The notes beneath the pieces were generated by a model, which searched no databases, was not told the origin of the DNA, and worked only from the letters and a program-made list of their open reading frames with translations. A stretch of DNA of 63,496 nucleotides, the filler included, from Licmophora abbreviata (Eukaryota), in the NCBI GenBank assembly GCA_900291995.1. It is 12 parts of 12 records of this genome, joined end to end, with 100 filler letters (N's around TTAATTAATTAA, not from the genome) between each part and the next. Parts side by side here need not be neighbours in the genome. Positions count along the whole stretch, not along the records: positions 45,764 to 51,310 come from OLMU01000158.1; positions 51,411 to 55,067 come from OLMU01000159.1; positions 55,168 to 62,145 come from OLMU01000161.1; 9 more parts are not named here. One strand, given 5' to 3'. How positions within the stretch are numbered: the first letter of the stretch is position 1; each line of letters begins with the position of its first letter. Position numbers and translations under genes: made by a program. Below are positions 48,829-60,747 of the stretch, piece after piece.

Positions 48829-50145
48829 ATGATGCGTATCTCGTTCCTTGTCCTTGCGCTCCCTTCGGCGGCCCTGGGTCTTATTCCTTTGGTCCAGAAC
48901 AAGAATACGAGGCATCTATCGAATCTTCCGGCGAAGAAGGCAAAAAATGATGAGGATATCCGACCAGACATGGATCCTGCCAAGAAAGCGGCGTTGGACG
49001 GCGTCTTGCAGCAGATTGAGCGTAGCTACGGGCGGGGGTCCATTATGAAGCTAGGAGATGCCGGAAATATGGTCGTTGACTGTATCAGCTCAGGTGCCTT
49101 GACGCTAGGTAAGCCTAAGGACTTTGATTCCTATCGACATGTCTCAGTTTCGCGACGCTAGAGGGTCAAAAGACCGATGACTAGGTGACTAACAATGAAT
49201 CTCTCTTTTGTTGCGACAGACGCCGCGCTAGGCGGAGGTTATCCCAAAGGACGTGTTGTCGAAATTTACGGACCTGAAAGTAGTGGGAAAACGACGCTGG
49301 CACTTCATGCAATTGCGGAAGCTCAGAAACGAGGTGGCATGGCCGCCTTCGTTGACGCAGAACATGCACTCGACCCCGCATACGCTGGCAACCTCGGTGT
49401 AGACGTTGATGCACTGCTCGTATCTCAACCTGATTCCGGAGAAATGGCACTAGATATTGTCGATAAGCTGGTTCGTAGCTCTGCCGTCGACGTAATCGTC
49501 GTCGATTCGGTTGCAGCCTTGGTTCCTCGCGCGGAACTCGAAGGTGACATGTCGGATTCGCAGATTGGACTACAGGCTCGATTGATGTCCAAGGCAATGC
49601 GAAAGATCACCGGCTCATTATCTCTTAGTCAATGCACTATCATCTTTCTGAACCAGCTGCGATCTAAGGTCGGAGTCATTTACGGATCGCCAGAAGTGAC
49701 CTCTGGCGGTAATGCACTCAAGTTCTACTCCTCCGTCCGTCTCGACACTCGTCGCAAGGAAATCCTTCCTGAAAATAGCGGAATTCGCGTCAAGGTCAAG
49801 GTTGTGAAGAACAAGGTCTCTGCTCCGTTTAAAGCTGTCAACTTGGACGTGCTGTTCGGTTCTGGCATCGATGGGATGGGGTGCACTCTGGACGCTGCAA
49901 ACGATCTCGGCATCGTCGAACGCAAGGGCAGCTGGTATGCCTATAAAGGCAACAACATTGCTCAGGGTAGGCATAATGCGATTGATCTCCTCAAGAAGAC
50001 TCCTGAACTTGCATCACAGCTGGAGACTGAGGTGCGCTTAGCCTTGTCTAACTTTGGCGAGCCATCGGAGGCATCCCCCGACGCTGCACCGACCGAAGTC
50101 AGCGAGAAAGAGTTTGACGAGGCAGAGGAGTCCTTACTTGAGTAG
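48829..50145 (+). CDS. recA: RecA recombinase, plastid-targeted, 2 exons
   Basis: [32 protein letters not shown] and [14 protein letters not shown], with an N-terminal signal peptide. Intron 49109-49219. Confidence 0.96.
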
Positions 50146-50608
50146 TTGTAGATGGTAGTAGAGGATAAGGGGATATCATCACAAGCGGTTATTATGCTGC
50201 ATCTGCATAGCATAGTAGCAATCTGAAGTCTTCCCCTGTGCGTCCTTAGTCCTAACGTCGCTAGAGAACGACGACCTACAAGGCGGATACGAATCGAGCA
50301 CAATCTTTGCTCTCGAAGACAATAAGAGCAGTCATTGAATCTATTGGCTATGGCTTTTGCTTTGATCTCTGCCTTTAGCGGCTGTTGGACTCCGACGACC
50401 CCTAACGCTGACGCCCTCTCCACAACACGAGTTCTCTTCTCTAGAAGCTCCAGAGCTCGCCGTTTTGAGTTTGGCGCGCCATTTTTTGGTGTTCGTTTCG
50501 ATCTCGGAGCGCAAAAACGGAAGGCATCGTCATCTCACATTATCGCACAGCAGTGACGGCGCAGATCACATTGTCACGACGATCATCGGTCAGTGTTCGT
50601 ATCCTCCA

Positions 50609-52595
50609 ATGAAGGACAAAGTGGACGTCGATGCGATCTTGATGCCCCCTCCGTCCAAGAGACTACGCGGTGGAACAGTCGTATCGCCAGAAGAAGTCCA
50701 TTCCAAGGACGTTGTCTGTTCTTTGCCTTCTACTACAGGCGAGGGTGCCGCGCCGACGTGGTCTGTGTCCACTAGTGGCAGTGGAGAAGGATTATTCAAC
50801 AACTTTGGCATGACTGGAAAGATCTCGCGAGAGACATCGACCAAGATGGCCCCAGAAGCCGTCGCTTCGCGCGACATCATTGCTACACGAAAGATCGTCG
50901 ATCATACACCTTCCATGGGCCCAGATCGGAAGACAGAAGACCATCAGAACGGCGAGGGCGAGAGCGTTGGGACTGGAAGTCTGACTGTCGTTGAAAGTGT
51001 GGACGATGATGGGCAGTCAATCTGGCAGTCTCCCATCAAGACTCGTTTTAGCGACATCATTGGCCATGCGGCAGCCAAGCTCCGCATAGACGAGATGCTC
51101 CTACCTCTGGCGTTGCCACCGTCTCTCGCCAAATCCGTTCTCACAGGTAAGTTCATGTGTGCTTCAAGCATGTGTATAGGCCTTTTTCAAGCGTCCTCGC
51201 TTAAGGGGTTGTGCGTCCCGTCGTTGCTTATTGCTCTATGACGATGTGCCGATGTACAGGTGTGAGGTCGCTGCCTGCGGCGTTGCTCCTCTCTATGGGC
51301 AGTCGGTGATNNNNNNNNNNNNNNNNNNNNNNNNNNNNNNNNNNNNNNNNNNNNTTAATTAATTAANNNNNNNNNNNNNNNNNNNNNNNNNNNNNNNNNN
51401 NNNNNNNNNNATGTGCCGATGTACAGGTGTGAGGTCGCTGCCTGCGGCGTTGCTCCTCTATGGACCACCAGGATGCGGAAAGGTACGTGAATTTCGCAGT
51501 CTCTTGAGATCGCTTCATCGTTCCTTTTTTGAATATTCCATTGCTGACTCCTATCCTACAGACGCAGCTCGCTCGAGCTATCGCTGGTGAAGCACAGGCG
51601 ACTTTCATTTCTGTCGGACCGAGTGACATCCTGAGCAAGTTTGTCGGCGAATCAGAGGAGTCTGTACGATCTCTGTTCCAACATGGTAAGCGCATGCGTG
51701 TTGCTATTTGAATAATACATCCCTGGCTGTGCTCACTTTCTAGACCCGTCATGTAGCGTATAAGGAGGCAAAGACTGTTGCGAGTCAATGTTCTGTTCTG
51801 TTCTTTGACGAGATTGACGCATTGGGTCACGCACGGGGCGTTGGAGACGCCTCGAGCAGTGTGAATCAAGACAGCGACAACTGCTCTCGTCGTGTGCTCG
51901 CGGAGCTCCTGATTCAGCTCACGCAGCTCTCGAATCGAGCCTGTCCAGTAGCAGAGCCCTATGCCACGTCTCAACTGACAAGTTCTGACGAATCGGCAAC
52001 ATCCAGAGCGACATTGTATGAGCAGCGTGAACGACGATCATTGATACCACGAGTCATTGTCGTAGCTGCAACCAACCGCCCGGAGGATTGCGACCCAGCG
52101 CTTCTTCGCCGTTTCCCTATTCGCGTGCAGATTGGCTTGCCTTCCAAACGCGACCGACGAAAGATACTGTCCAAATTTCTTGGCCAGTTCGAGCACAGCA
52201 TCGCTGCACCTCACTTGGAACAACTTGCGCTCGTCACCGAAGGGTGGTCCGGGTCGGATTTGGAATCTTTGACCCGAGAAGCAGCCATGACACCCATTCG
52301 AGAGTGCCTTCGCTCTGCAGCGACGATGAAACGGCGAACACGCAAACGGGAGCAGCAAGGCGGGGATGAATCAAGTCAACACGTGAAGCGCAAGTCGTTC
52401 GATGCCGACGAAGAGGCCCGAGAGATGCTGTTGAGTACCTTCAGTTCTCTTCGTCCAGTCACGTTGCAAGACTTCGAAGACGCTGTTGAATTCTGGCTAG
52501 GAAACCAGCAGACGACGGTCGTTGGCGAAGTCCAACAGAAAATCCGCCACGTTCACTATGACAGCTCAAGCAGCTCCGAGGGGGAAGACGATTGA
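50609..52595 (+). CDS. AAA+ ATPase, meiotic clade (VPS4/spastin/katanin/fidgetin-like), multi-exon, spans gap
   Basis: RFSDIIG, LLYGPPGCGKT, LSKFVGESE, FFDEIDAL, AATNRPEDCDPALLRRF and GWSGSDL. Confidence 0.88.
51288..51310 (+). other. Ion Torrent trP1 adapter sequence (contamination at contig end)
   Basis: CCTCTCTATGGGCAGTCGGTGAT lies immediately before the gap. The true sequence after the gap reads ctcctctatggaccacc. Confidence 0.92.
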
Positions 52596-52739
52596 GAGAA
52601 ATTGAAGCTTTGCATAGTCTTGGGAACAGAGAGAGCTTCGAGTAACAATTGTAGACTTTCATCAAATATTCTAGATTCCGGTTTGATGCTACGATCGACT
52701 AGAGCAACTGTAATGGCTATATTGGTGTGCGCATGGGAA

Positions 52740-54700
52740 TTACATCATCCCTGGCATGCCGCCCATGCCACCCATCCCTCCAGGCATGGGAGGACCAGCG
52801 CCGGGCTCGTCTGGCTTGTCCACAATCATCGCCTCAGACGTAGTTAGTAGACTAGCCACAGACGCCGCATCCACAATGCCTGTACGAGTCACCTTGGTTG
52901 GATCAATGATACCGGCCTCAAACATGTTGCAGTACGTTCCCTTCTGTGCGTCGAAGCCCCACTCTACGTTCACGTCAGGCTTGATGAGTTCACCGCAAAC
53001 GACAGCACCTTCTTCACCGGCGTTCGCTGCAATTGTCGACAAGGGAGCGCGAAGAGCGCGTTGGATAATTTCGACACCAATTCGCTGGTCCATGTTCTTC
53101 GCTTCTTTCGCAGCAACGTCATCGAGCAGGGTTGAGCAGTACAGCAACGCCTTTCCTCCTCCAGGCACAATTCCTTCCTCTACAGCAGCACGTGTGGCGT
53201 TGAGTGCATCGACAACGCGGTCCTTCTTTTCATTCACCTCGACCTCAGACGCGCCCCCAACCTTGATGACTGCCACTCCCCCCGACAATTTGGCAAGTCT
53301 CTCTTGGAGCTTTTCCCGTTCGTAGTCGGACTTGGTGCTCTCGATCGAGCTTCGGATTAGCTCGCATCGTTCGTCGATTGCCGCCTTATCACCGGAGCCA
53401 TCGAGTACAACGGTATCGTTTTTCGTCACGGTAAGACGCTTGCAACTTCCAAGGTGGTGCTCCTCAGTCTCTTCGAGCTTCATTCCCATCTCCTCCGAGA
53501 TGACAGTTCCACCCGTAAGGATCGCAAGGTCCTGCATGGTGGCCTTACGGTTGTCACCGAATCCGGGAGCCTTCACGGCACATACCTTGATCCCTGCGCG
53601 CAGCTTGTTTACAACAAGCGCAGCAAGAGCCTCGCTTTCCACATCCTCGGCAACAATCATAAGAGAGCGCTGGTTTTTAACGATGCCTTCGAGTAATTTC
53701 ATAATCTGCTGAAGGTTGGAGACCTTCTTCTCGACCAAGAGGATGAGAGGATTCTCCATCTCAACCGTCTGTGTCTTGGCATCGGTAATGAAATAGGGGC
53801 TAATGAAACCTCTGTCAAACTTCATGCCTTCGACTACCTCAAGTTCGTTGTCCAACGTCTTGCCATCTTGAACCGTAATGACACCCTCCTTTCCGACACG
53901 CTCCATGGCATCGGAGATAAGATTACCGATTTCCTCGTCCGCATTTGCTGAAATAGTTCCGACTTGAGAGACTTCCTCCTTGGAGGTGATTGGTCGGCTA
54001 ATCTTCTCCAGCGTGTTGACTACAGAGTGGACAGCGAGCTCGACACCTCGGCGCAGATCCAAAGGGTTCAGTCCAGCCGCAACGGCCTTGCACCCCTCTG
54101 TGTAAATAGCACGAGCTAGGACAGTAGCAGTGGTAGTTCCATCTCCCGCGACGTCGTTCGTCTTGGAGGCAACGCTCTTGATAAGCTGTGCGCCCATGTC
54201 TTCAAACTTGTCCTCGAAGTCAATCGCTTTCGCGACCGTCACGCCGTCTTTCGTGATTTTGGGAGCACCATAGGGCTGCTGAATGATGGCATTGCGTCCC
54301 TTGGGTCCTAGTGTCACCTGAAATGAGTGTATCCAAGACGGGAAGCAATTGATAAGCGTCAAGTCCATACTGGTGGCCCATCACTGCTGACGGATCCAAA
54401 AGATCTTCTTGGAGGAAGGAAGAAGAAAATTTCCCGCCAAAATCCGGATGCCGTAGGTGCCGTATGGCATATACTACGGGCAACGTAGCAGAGGGAATCC
54501 GACAGCAGTACATGATATGAAAGAGCCCAAAACTCAGGCCAAGTACAACTCACCTGGACCGCATCGGCGAGAAGATCGACGCCCTTGAGCATGGCAGCTC
54601 GTCCGTCGACACCAAATTTGATTTCCTTGCCACTCATAGCTCGAGTGGCACCGTTTCGGGAGGCCAACGCCCCCGTTCTTTGCACAGAAACCCGCAACAT
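52740..54700 (-). CDS. HSP60: Mitochondrial chaperonin HSP60 (Cpn60), 2 exons
   Basis: Presequence [41 protein letters not shown] and GGM tail. Intron 54318-54553. Confidence 0.97.
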
Positions 54701-55325
54701 GATCTTGTGTTTTCGTGGAACCTTTTGTGAGAGAGCAAAGGAAACAAGAAAGCAATCCGCGATGAAAAGAAAAATGTGCGGCTCTCGGCGCGCGTGACGT
54801 GGCAGGGACGAGTTGAATGTTCGCAGGACAGCATGACCGACCAGAGAAGCCCATCCCACTCGGAATTGAACGAGAGCGGCTCGAAGAATAAGGAAGAGTG
54901 CAGTTGCCAGCTTCCTTTCAAGTCACTTCATGCGAGGAAAACATCCGAAAGGAAGGGAGTACACGAACCCCAATACCCGAAAGGAAGGAGTATTCGAACC
55001 CCAATAGACGTAACTCTCTCTCTCTAGAGCTTATTCTGATTCAAAAGTCATGTATACGACGAGCGATNNNNNNNNNNNNNNNNNNNNNNNNNNNNNNNNN
55101 NNNNNNNNNNNTTAATTAATTAANNNNNNNNNNNNNNNNNNNNNNNNNNNNNNNNNNNNNNNNNNNNCAACGCAGCGCGCGCCCGAGATAAGCTCCGCGC
55201 GGCGATGCGATGTGTGTGCGTCGCCATGATGTTGTTGTGTCGCATGATGCATTGTATCATACTAGTACTGAATACCGTCGTATTCTATTGCTCTGGACGC
55301 CTGAGAGATCAGCTGACATTCATTC

Positions 55326-56591
55326 ATGCTGTCCTGGGAAGCTTCTTTGGTCTGTTGGTCACTGATCGTGGTCGCGGGATGCTGTAAAGCCTTTGTCCTG
55401 GACTATATCTACGTGCAAGTAGCAGTACCAGTACCATCATCACGGATGTCATGCCCAGTTTCGTCAGCACCGCCATCCTTGAGGAACGACGAGCCTCTCT
55501 GCTCGCTGCGCTTGTCGCCTCCAGCTCGCAGCACCAGTAAACGCAGTGCCAATCTTAATGTTCTCCGTGAGTCGACAATGTCTGGTTGCTTAGAGTCGGA
55601 GGACGCCGACGAGTTTGCGTATTTGGTCGAGTCGCACCCACTGGATGACACCGAACCTCGAAAGTCCGCGTCGTCGTCGTCGTCGGACAGTGGGACACGC
55701 AGCAGACCCACCAAGCCGAGTCCACTTAACTCGAATCCGAATCCGAATCCGAATCCGTATAGTATTCCCAAAGATTCCCACGAGGAATGGGATTGGTTCT
55801 ACGATAGACTCAAGGCTCGGTACGAAGCACAGCAGACATCCTCGGGTCGGTCGACGTCGAACGCCGTATCCGACATCGTTGAAGAGTCTCTGATGAGACA
55901 TTGGATGGCTAGTCAGCGTAAGAGTTTCATGAAGACACTTGGGGTCTTGGACATTGCGGACCAGCACAACTGGGGGACGCCATTTTTGAAGCGGGACCGA
56001 AAGGAGCGTCTTGACCACGTGGGCTTCGACTGGGGTCATCTGCAGCCATCGACGCTCACCAATGACTTTGTCTACAGCGAACAATTTCAACGCCAAGTCA
56101 GACTCAAGTACAAACACTGGATTTGGATGCCTCAATACAAGCGCTTAAAACAGTATCGTCGTGAGCATGGACACACCCGCGTGCCTGTGGCAAGCGACGA
56201 TCATCTTGGAGCGTGGGCAGCGGACCAACGTCGCCTGCGGGACCAACTGCCTGAGCGACGGCGACAGCTCCTCGATCAGATTCACTTTGATTGGGAGTGC
56301 ACCGACGAAAATCAGCAGCATGCTTATAAAACAGAGGATATCATAAATCACACGGAGGATACGTCAAACAAATCGGTGCCATTTTCAAAGAGGCTTGTTC
56401 AGCTGAAGGCTTACCGAAGCGCTCACGACGACTGCCAAGTCCCCGCGGACTACGAAGAGGTACCAGGTCTGGGTCAGTGGGTAGAAGAGACCAAGAGACG
56501 GAGACTGACTCCTCGCAGTATCCAACAGCTGGAGAAAGTAGGCTTCGTCTTTTCGGATGACGCAGATGACACGCTCGAAACAGATTCATGA
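55326..56591 (+). CDS. Helicase-associated (HA) repeat protein with signal peptide (CKA-FV), possibly plastid-targeted
   Basis: Three W…Y.RL…HG…VP…LG.W…QR…L..IGF.W repeats. Confidence 0.75.
   Translation: MLSWEASLVCWSLIVVAGCCKAFVLDYIYVQVAVPVPSSRMSCPVSSAPPSLRNDEPLCSLRLSPPARSTSKRSANLNVLRESTMSGCLESEDADEFAYLVESHPLDDTEPRKSASSSSSDSGTRSRPTKPSPLNSNPNPNPNPYSIPKDSHEEWDWFYDRLKARYEAQQTSSGRSTSNAVSDIVEESLMRHWMASQRKSFMKTLGVLDIADQHNWGTPFLKRDRKERLDHVGFDWGHLQPSTLTNDFVYSEQFQRQVRLKYKHWIWMPQYKRLKQYRREHGHTRVPVASDDHLGAWAADQRRLRDQLPERRRQLLDQIHFDWECTDENQQHAYKTEDIINHTEDTSNKSVPFSKRLVQLKAYRSAHDDCQVPADYEEVPGLGQWVEETKRRRLTPRSIQQLEKVGFVFSDDADDTLETDS
55732..55757 (+). repeat. (CGAATC)4 coding microsatellite (NPNPNPNP)
   Basis: Read directly from the sequence. 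Confidence 0.9.
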
Positions 56592-56685
56592 GGCCGTGAA
56601 CCCATATTCTAATTCAAATAGCTTCTCTAATAGCTCTAGAAAAGGCAAATGCATCAAGTGACTACATCGATCAACAATGGCCAGT

Positions 56686-57768
56686 TCACTCTTCGCTCGC
56701 GTCAGACTCCTCACCGCCATCGCTGTCGTCGTTTCTGTTCGCTGTGGCATCGTCGTCCGATTCGTGTGTGTAATAGCTCTTGTCGAGCTTCTCCAACAGG
56801 TGCGGAGTGATGTGTTTATTCATGTTGAACATTGTCACTTTTGCATTTCCTCCCATGACGGCTTTTAAATTCTGGTCGCAAAGAATCTCTCTCTTGTCGT
56901 CCGGATTCTACAATACAAAGAGCAGAAAACGCAGTAGTACGTATGATGGATGCGGTAAGTATAGGCTCGCTGCCAGTCGCATTGGAGCATATACTCAAGA
57001 CGAGGCCAAGTCCCATCAACATCGCCCCCGGCTTACCTGCAGATTGTGTTTCCTAATATACACCCAAAGTGCTTTTGTCACCTGCGGTCTCGGCAAGATC
57101 TGCTTTCCCGTGACACGAGCCAGCTCTGGCGAAAGCTGATAGGGTGTCTGGTGACCTGACTTTCGCGGCTTCTTCTTGCCCTGTTTCTTGGGAGATCCCT
57201 TCTTTCGCTTCGTCGCAGTAGAGTTCGTTGTGAGATCGACTGGTGTGAAGGGATCCATGTGAGCACTGACATACTTGTTGAGGGTGAACATTGTAAACTT
57301 GTCGACACCAAAGACATGTTGCATTCGATCGTCCAGCAAGATCTCTCGTCGATTCTCGGGATTCTGCAAATCGTTGTCACGGATGTAATTCCACATCTCC
57401 TTGACTACCTCAGTCCGTGCCATCTGCTTGCCTTTGCCAAGCAAAGCCGCGAGCTCGTCACTAATGTCCTTGACCTTCTTCAGCCCGCCCCCACTGCCCG
57501 CTTTGCGTGCCTTCTTGACGGGGGCTTCTTCTTCTTCTTCTTCTTCCTCGGACGACTCATCTTGTTCCTCCTCCGAGTGATCCTCGATGGAGTTGAGAAT
57601 GTCTGTGAGACAATCCTTGATGAACTTGGACCTGTGGCCGAGGGGAATACCCCCAAACTCTTTGGAGAGCAGTTTTGTGAACTTCTTGACCGTGATGGTG
57701 TCGTGGTCCACTTCCTTGACCATTTTCTCCATGAGAGCCTTCATCTCCTCGTTTGTTGGTTCGGCCAT
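56686..57768 (-). CDS. DEK-C plus two SWIB/MDM2 domains (Spp27/UAF30-like), 2 exons
   Basis: RTEVVKEMWNYIRDNDLQNPENRREI and RPQVTKALWVYIRKHNLQ/NPDDKREILCD. Intron 56908-57036. Confidence 0.88.
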
Positions 57769-58176
57769 GCTCCGCGGTCTTATGAGCTTGAATTTAGGCT
57801 CTCGAAACAAGCCGGTGCCAACAACGGTCTCGACAACGTGCTTCTTCTTTGTGGTCACAGTCACGCTCCCTTCGCCGATTTTGTTGAAGTCTCCACACGG
57901 CGCGATTGATGAGCGATTGAATTTCAGATTCGAATCATTCGATTCATGATCTAAATAGTGAATCTACATACGCGTTCACGTAAGTGGACCCAGTACTGGT
58001 ATCATTCACTCTATTGATGAGAAGCTCGGACCTCGAGAACCCAAAAAAGAGACGACGCCACTACGATGCGCCACAAAAGCGACATCAACGCGCCACAACC
58101 ACAACACTGTCGCAGTCGAGAACGAAGGGCTCTTCTGACACCTTACGATAAGCTACCCTCCCATTTTTCGATTGAC

Positions 58177-60444
58177 ATGTCTTCCAAAACTCTGTACGAA
58201 ATCCAAGGCGACGCTTCAGCTGCGTTGGAACTCTGTAACTCGAAGAATGATTTTTCGTCGCCGACGCAGCAGTACAATCGAATGATACTCTCCTTCTTGG
58301 TCGAGCCTTCTCGCACCTCTAATTCTTCAGATCTATTGACACAAATGGAACGGTGGACAGAGGAATCGAACCGTGAGACCGAAACAGATATATCTGGCGC
58401 AAGGAAGGAAAGAAAGAAGATTATCGTGGAATACAATCGCAGTCTCGTGCTCTGCACATCGGGTCGGGCCAAAGATGCCCTCGGACCGTTGCTCGAACGC
58501 CTGCGTCCCATCGTCGTCGCTCGCCAACTTATCGCGAACGATCTGGTAGAACCTTATGCTCGATTGGGTCTCCTACTACTGGAGTGTATTCTCGTCGTGT
58601 CGGAAGGAAACCAAGATGGCCTCCGGGAAATTGATGACGACCTCACAACTTTCCGAATTATTCGGTGGGTGGAATCGCTCGATTTCGAACTGCATCAGCA
58701 GCTCAAGTTTCTACTTTGCATTTACAAATCGCGTTTAGACTTTGCTTCCCGCGATGCAACGGGAAAATTGATTGACTTGAAAGTTCGAAGTGTCAAGAAG
58801 GAACTGCGCTCCGCGATGGAAATATTGAACCGCAAGCTCCGCCCTGCCGCCGTCGAAAATGCAATAGCAGGCGGAGAAACGGCTTCGGTTGGGAGTAGTT
58901 CGGATGTGTATCCGGAGGAGAATCCTGTGACGACCCTTACCTCAGGCTCATCCTCGGTTCCTCATACGCCTGGTGCGGGGAATAGACAGGAGGGACTCGT
59001 GCAGCGGCACAATCAATCGGCCCTCAACCTCAAGGCGCACTTTGAACAAATCAAAGGAAACGCGAAGAAATCACTCGTTCTATGTTCCGAAGCGTATCAT
59101 TCTTATCAAGATTCCTCCTACGATGCCGTTCACCTTAATAATCTGTCAGTAGCATACGAGACGTGTGGCAAGCGCCAGCTCGCTCTGCACGCAGCTTCGA
59201 AGGCTATCTCAGCGATGAACGACCCATGTTTGTTTGCGCCCAATGGCATGGCATCGTCGGTGCCCGGATGGGCAATACTACACAACGCCGCGATTTGTGC
59301 ATTGACGGCCCGCAATTACAAGTCGGCTTATGAATGCATGGCACTTTGTGTGCGAATATCATCCGAGCAGTTCCAGAAACCTAGATGTTGGCTGCGCATG
59401 GCGGAAGCATGTATCGGTACGGTGATGATGGGTTGATTATTTATGTGTGCGATATGACTTTTTTCTTCAGAAATGGGGTTGGCTGCTCACATCAATGTGA
59501 TGGACCTGTCTGCATTCCAGGAATCCATCTCGAAAATCAGAAGAGAGAAAGAGGCGACGCTCCGAAGAAATTCCGTTCGGTGGTCGGCGGACAGTGAGTC
59601 GCTCGCAATGAATAGCGTTTGACAATCTCAACTTTTCCAATGCCGCCTCTTGACTAACTACGTTATACTTTGCGATTGAATATCCTTCAGAGAAAACGAA
59701 GAACGAATTCTACTAGAGTCGACGACTAGTACTATTCCGTCTCCTCCGTCGCAGGACGAGGCTTCTTTCCCTTTGGGTTGCGATCGTGACCTCAAATTCG
59801 TCAACAGGAGTCCTCTTTGGAGGGCTTTGTCTTGCCTTACGCGCGCTGTGAAGACATCTGAGGAGTGCGACAAGGAGTGCTATTCTTCTGCGATGTGCTC
59901 GCTTGCGTACGTGAATCTCGAACTACAAGACTACCAAGGCGCTCTTGATTGTGCGTCGTCGATTTTGTATGAGGACCCGCCACAAGCTCCTGATTCTGGG
60001 GTGCAAGGACGGGCCCACGCGAAACGGCTTGCCACAATGCGCATATACGCATGCGAGGCGTGCTATGCCTTAGGAAGGCTGGACGAAGCTGTTCAGATGC
60101 TATCGGCGGGCGACATGGATGACCCCGGTGATCTGAATCGTCTCGCAGGTGAGCTTTCTGGAACTTCTCTTGAATCTCAGAAAACGGCGCAGGCGAATTC
60201 TTGCCTGGCAAGAGCGCGGTGTTTGGTTCAGACAAATGCCAGCGTTTTGCGGGCTGTAACCGGTAATCTAGGGAGTGGAAAAGAGCTGGCGTGGTCGGCG
60301 TTACAAAGCGCCGAACATGCTAGTAATGGTACTGCAGACAACGCTCTTGTTGAGAACACATATTCGGCGAGACAGGCGTTGCTGTACTGCATGATGCGAG
60401 AGGGCAACAGTGTGGGCACTCTCGCAGAACTTCGTTCGGTGTAG
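58177..60444 (+). CDS. CNOT10: CCR4-NOT complex subunit 10-like TPR protein, 3 exons
   Basis: LKAHFEQIKGNAKKSL, LNNL, HNAAICAL…AYEC…PRCWLRMAEACI and LAYVNLEL…YACEA. Confidence 0.8.
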
Positions 60445-60747
60445 CTAGCTATTGCTTCCATGATACCATCTGAGGAACCTGCACCGCTGGAAACTCAGCT
60501 GTAGATGGCTAGAACTACGATAGTAGTGGCTTGCGCCTTAACGCTTTGCCATAAGCCTAAATCTTAACCTTGAAAATCTCTCATACCCGTGAAGTGCATG
60601 CAGCTCGTAAGAATAACTATAGAGACTGGGTCGTCACGACACATCGTTTATTGTGTCGCGTTTCATACTGGTACGGAGGAATGACACATAAAGTAGACAA
60701 ACTAAATCGCGTGTTATTTCTCGGTAGTCTTTATAAGACAGCTTTAG

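Noticed and set aside
48829..50145. recA as bacterial contamination or recent HGT
   Set aside because: It has a spliceosomal intron and an N-terminal targeting signal; nuclear-encoded plastid RecA is expected.
52756..53712. Long antisense ORFs opposite HSP60 (likewise opposite XRN1, ADA2 and SWIB)
   Set aside because: Shadow ORFs caused by codon bias of the real genes.
54795..54822. TGACGT (aureochrome/bZIP-like) site and a GAAnnTTC heat-shock-like element upstream of HSP60
   Set aside because: Too short, with only two nGAAn units; cannot be told from chance.
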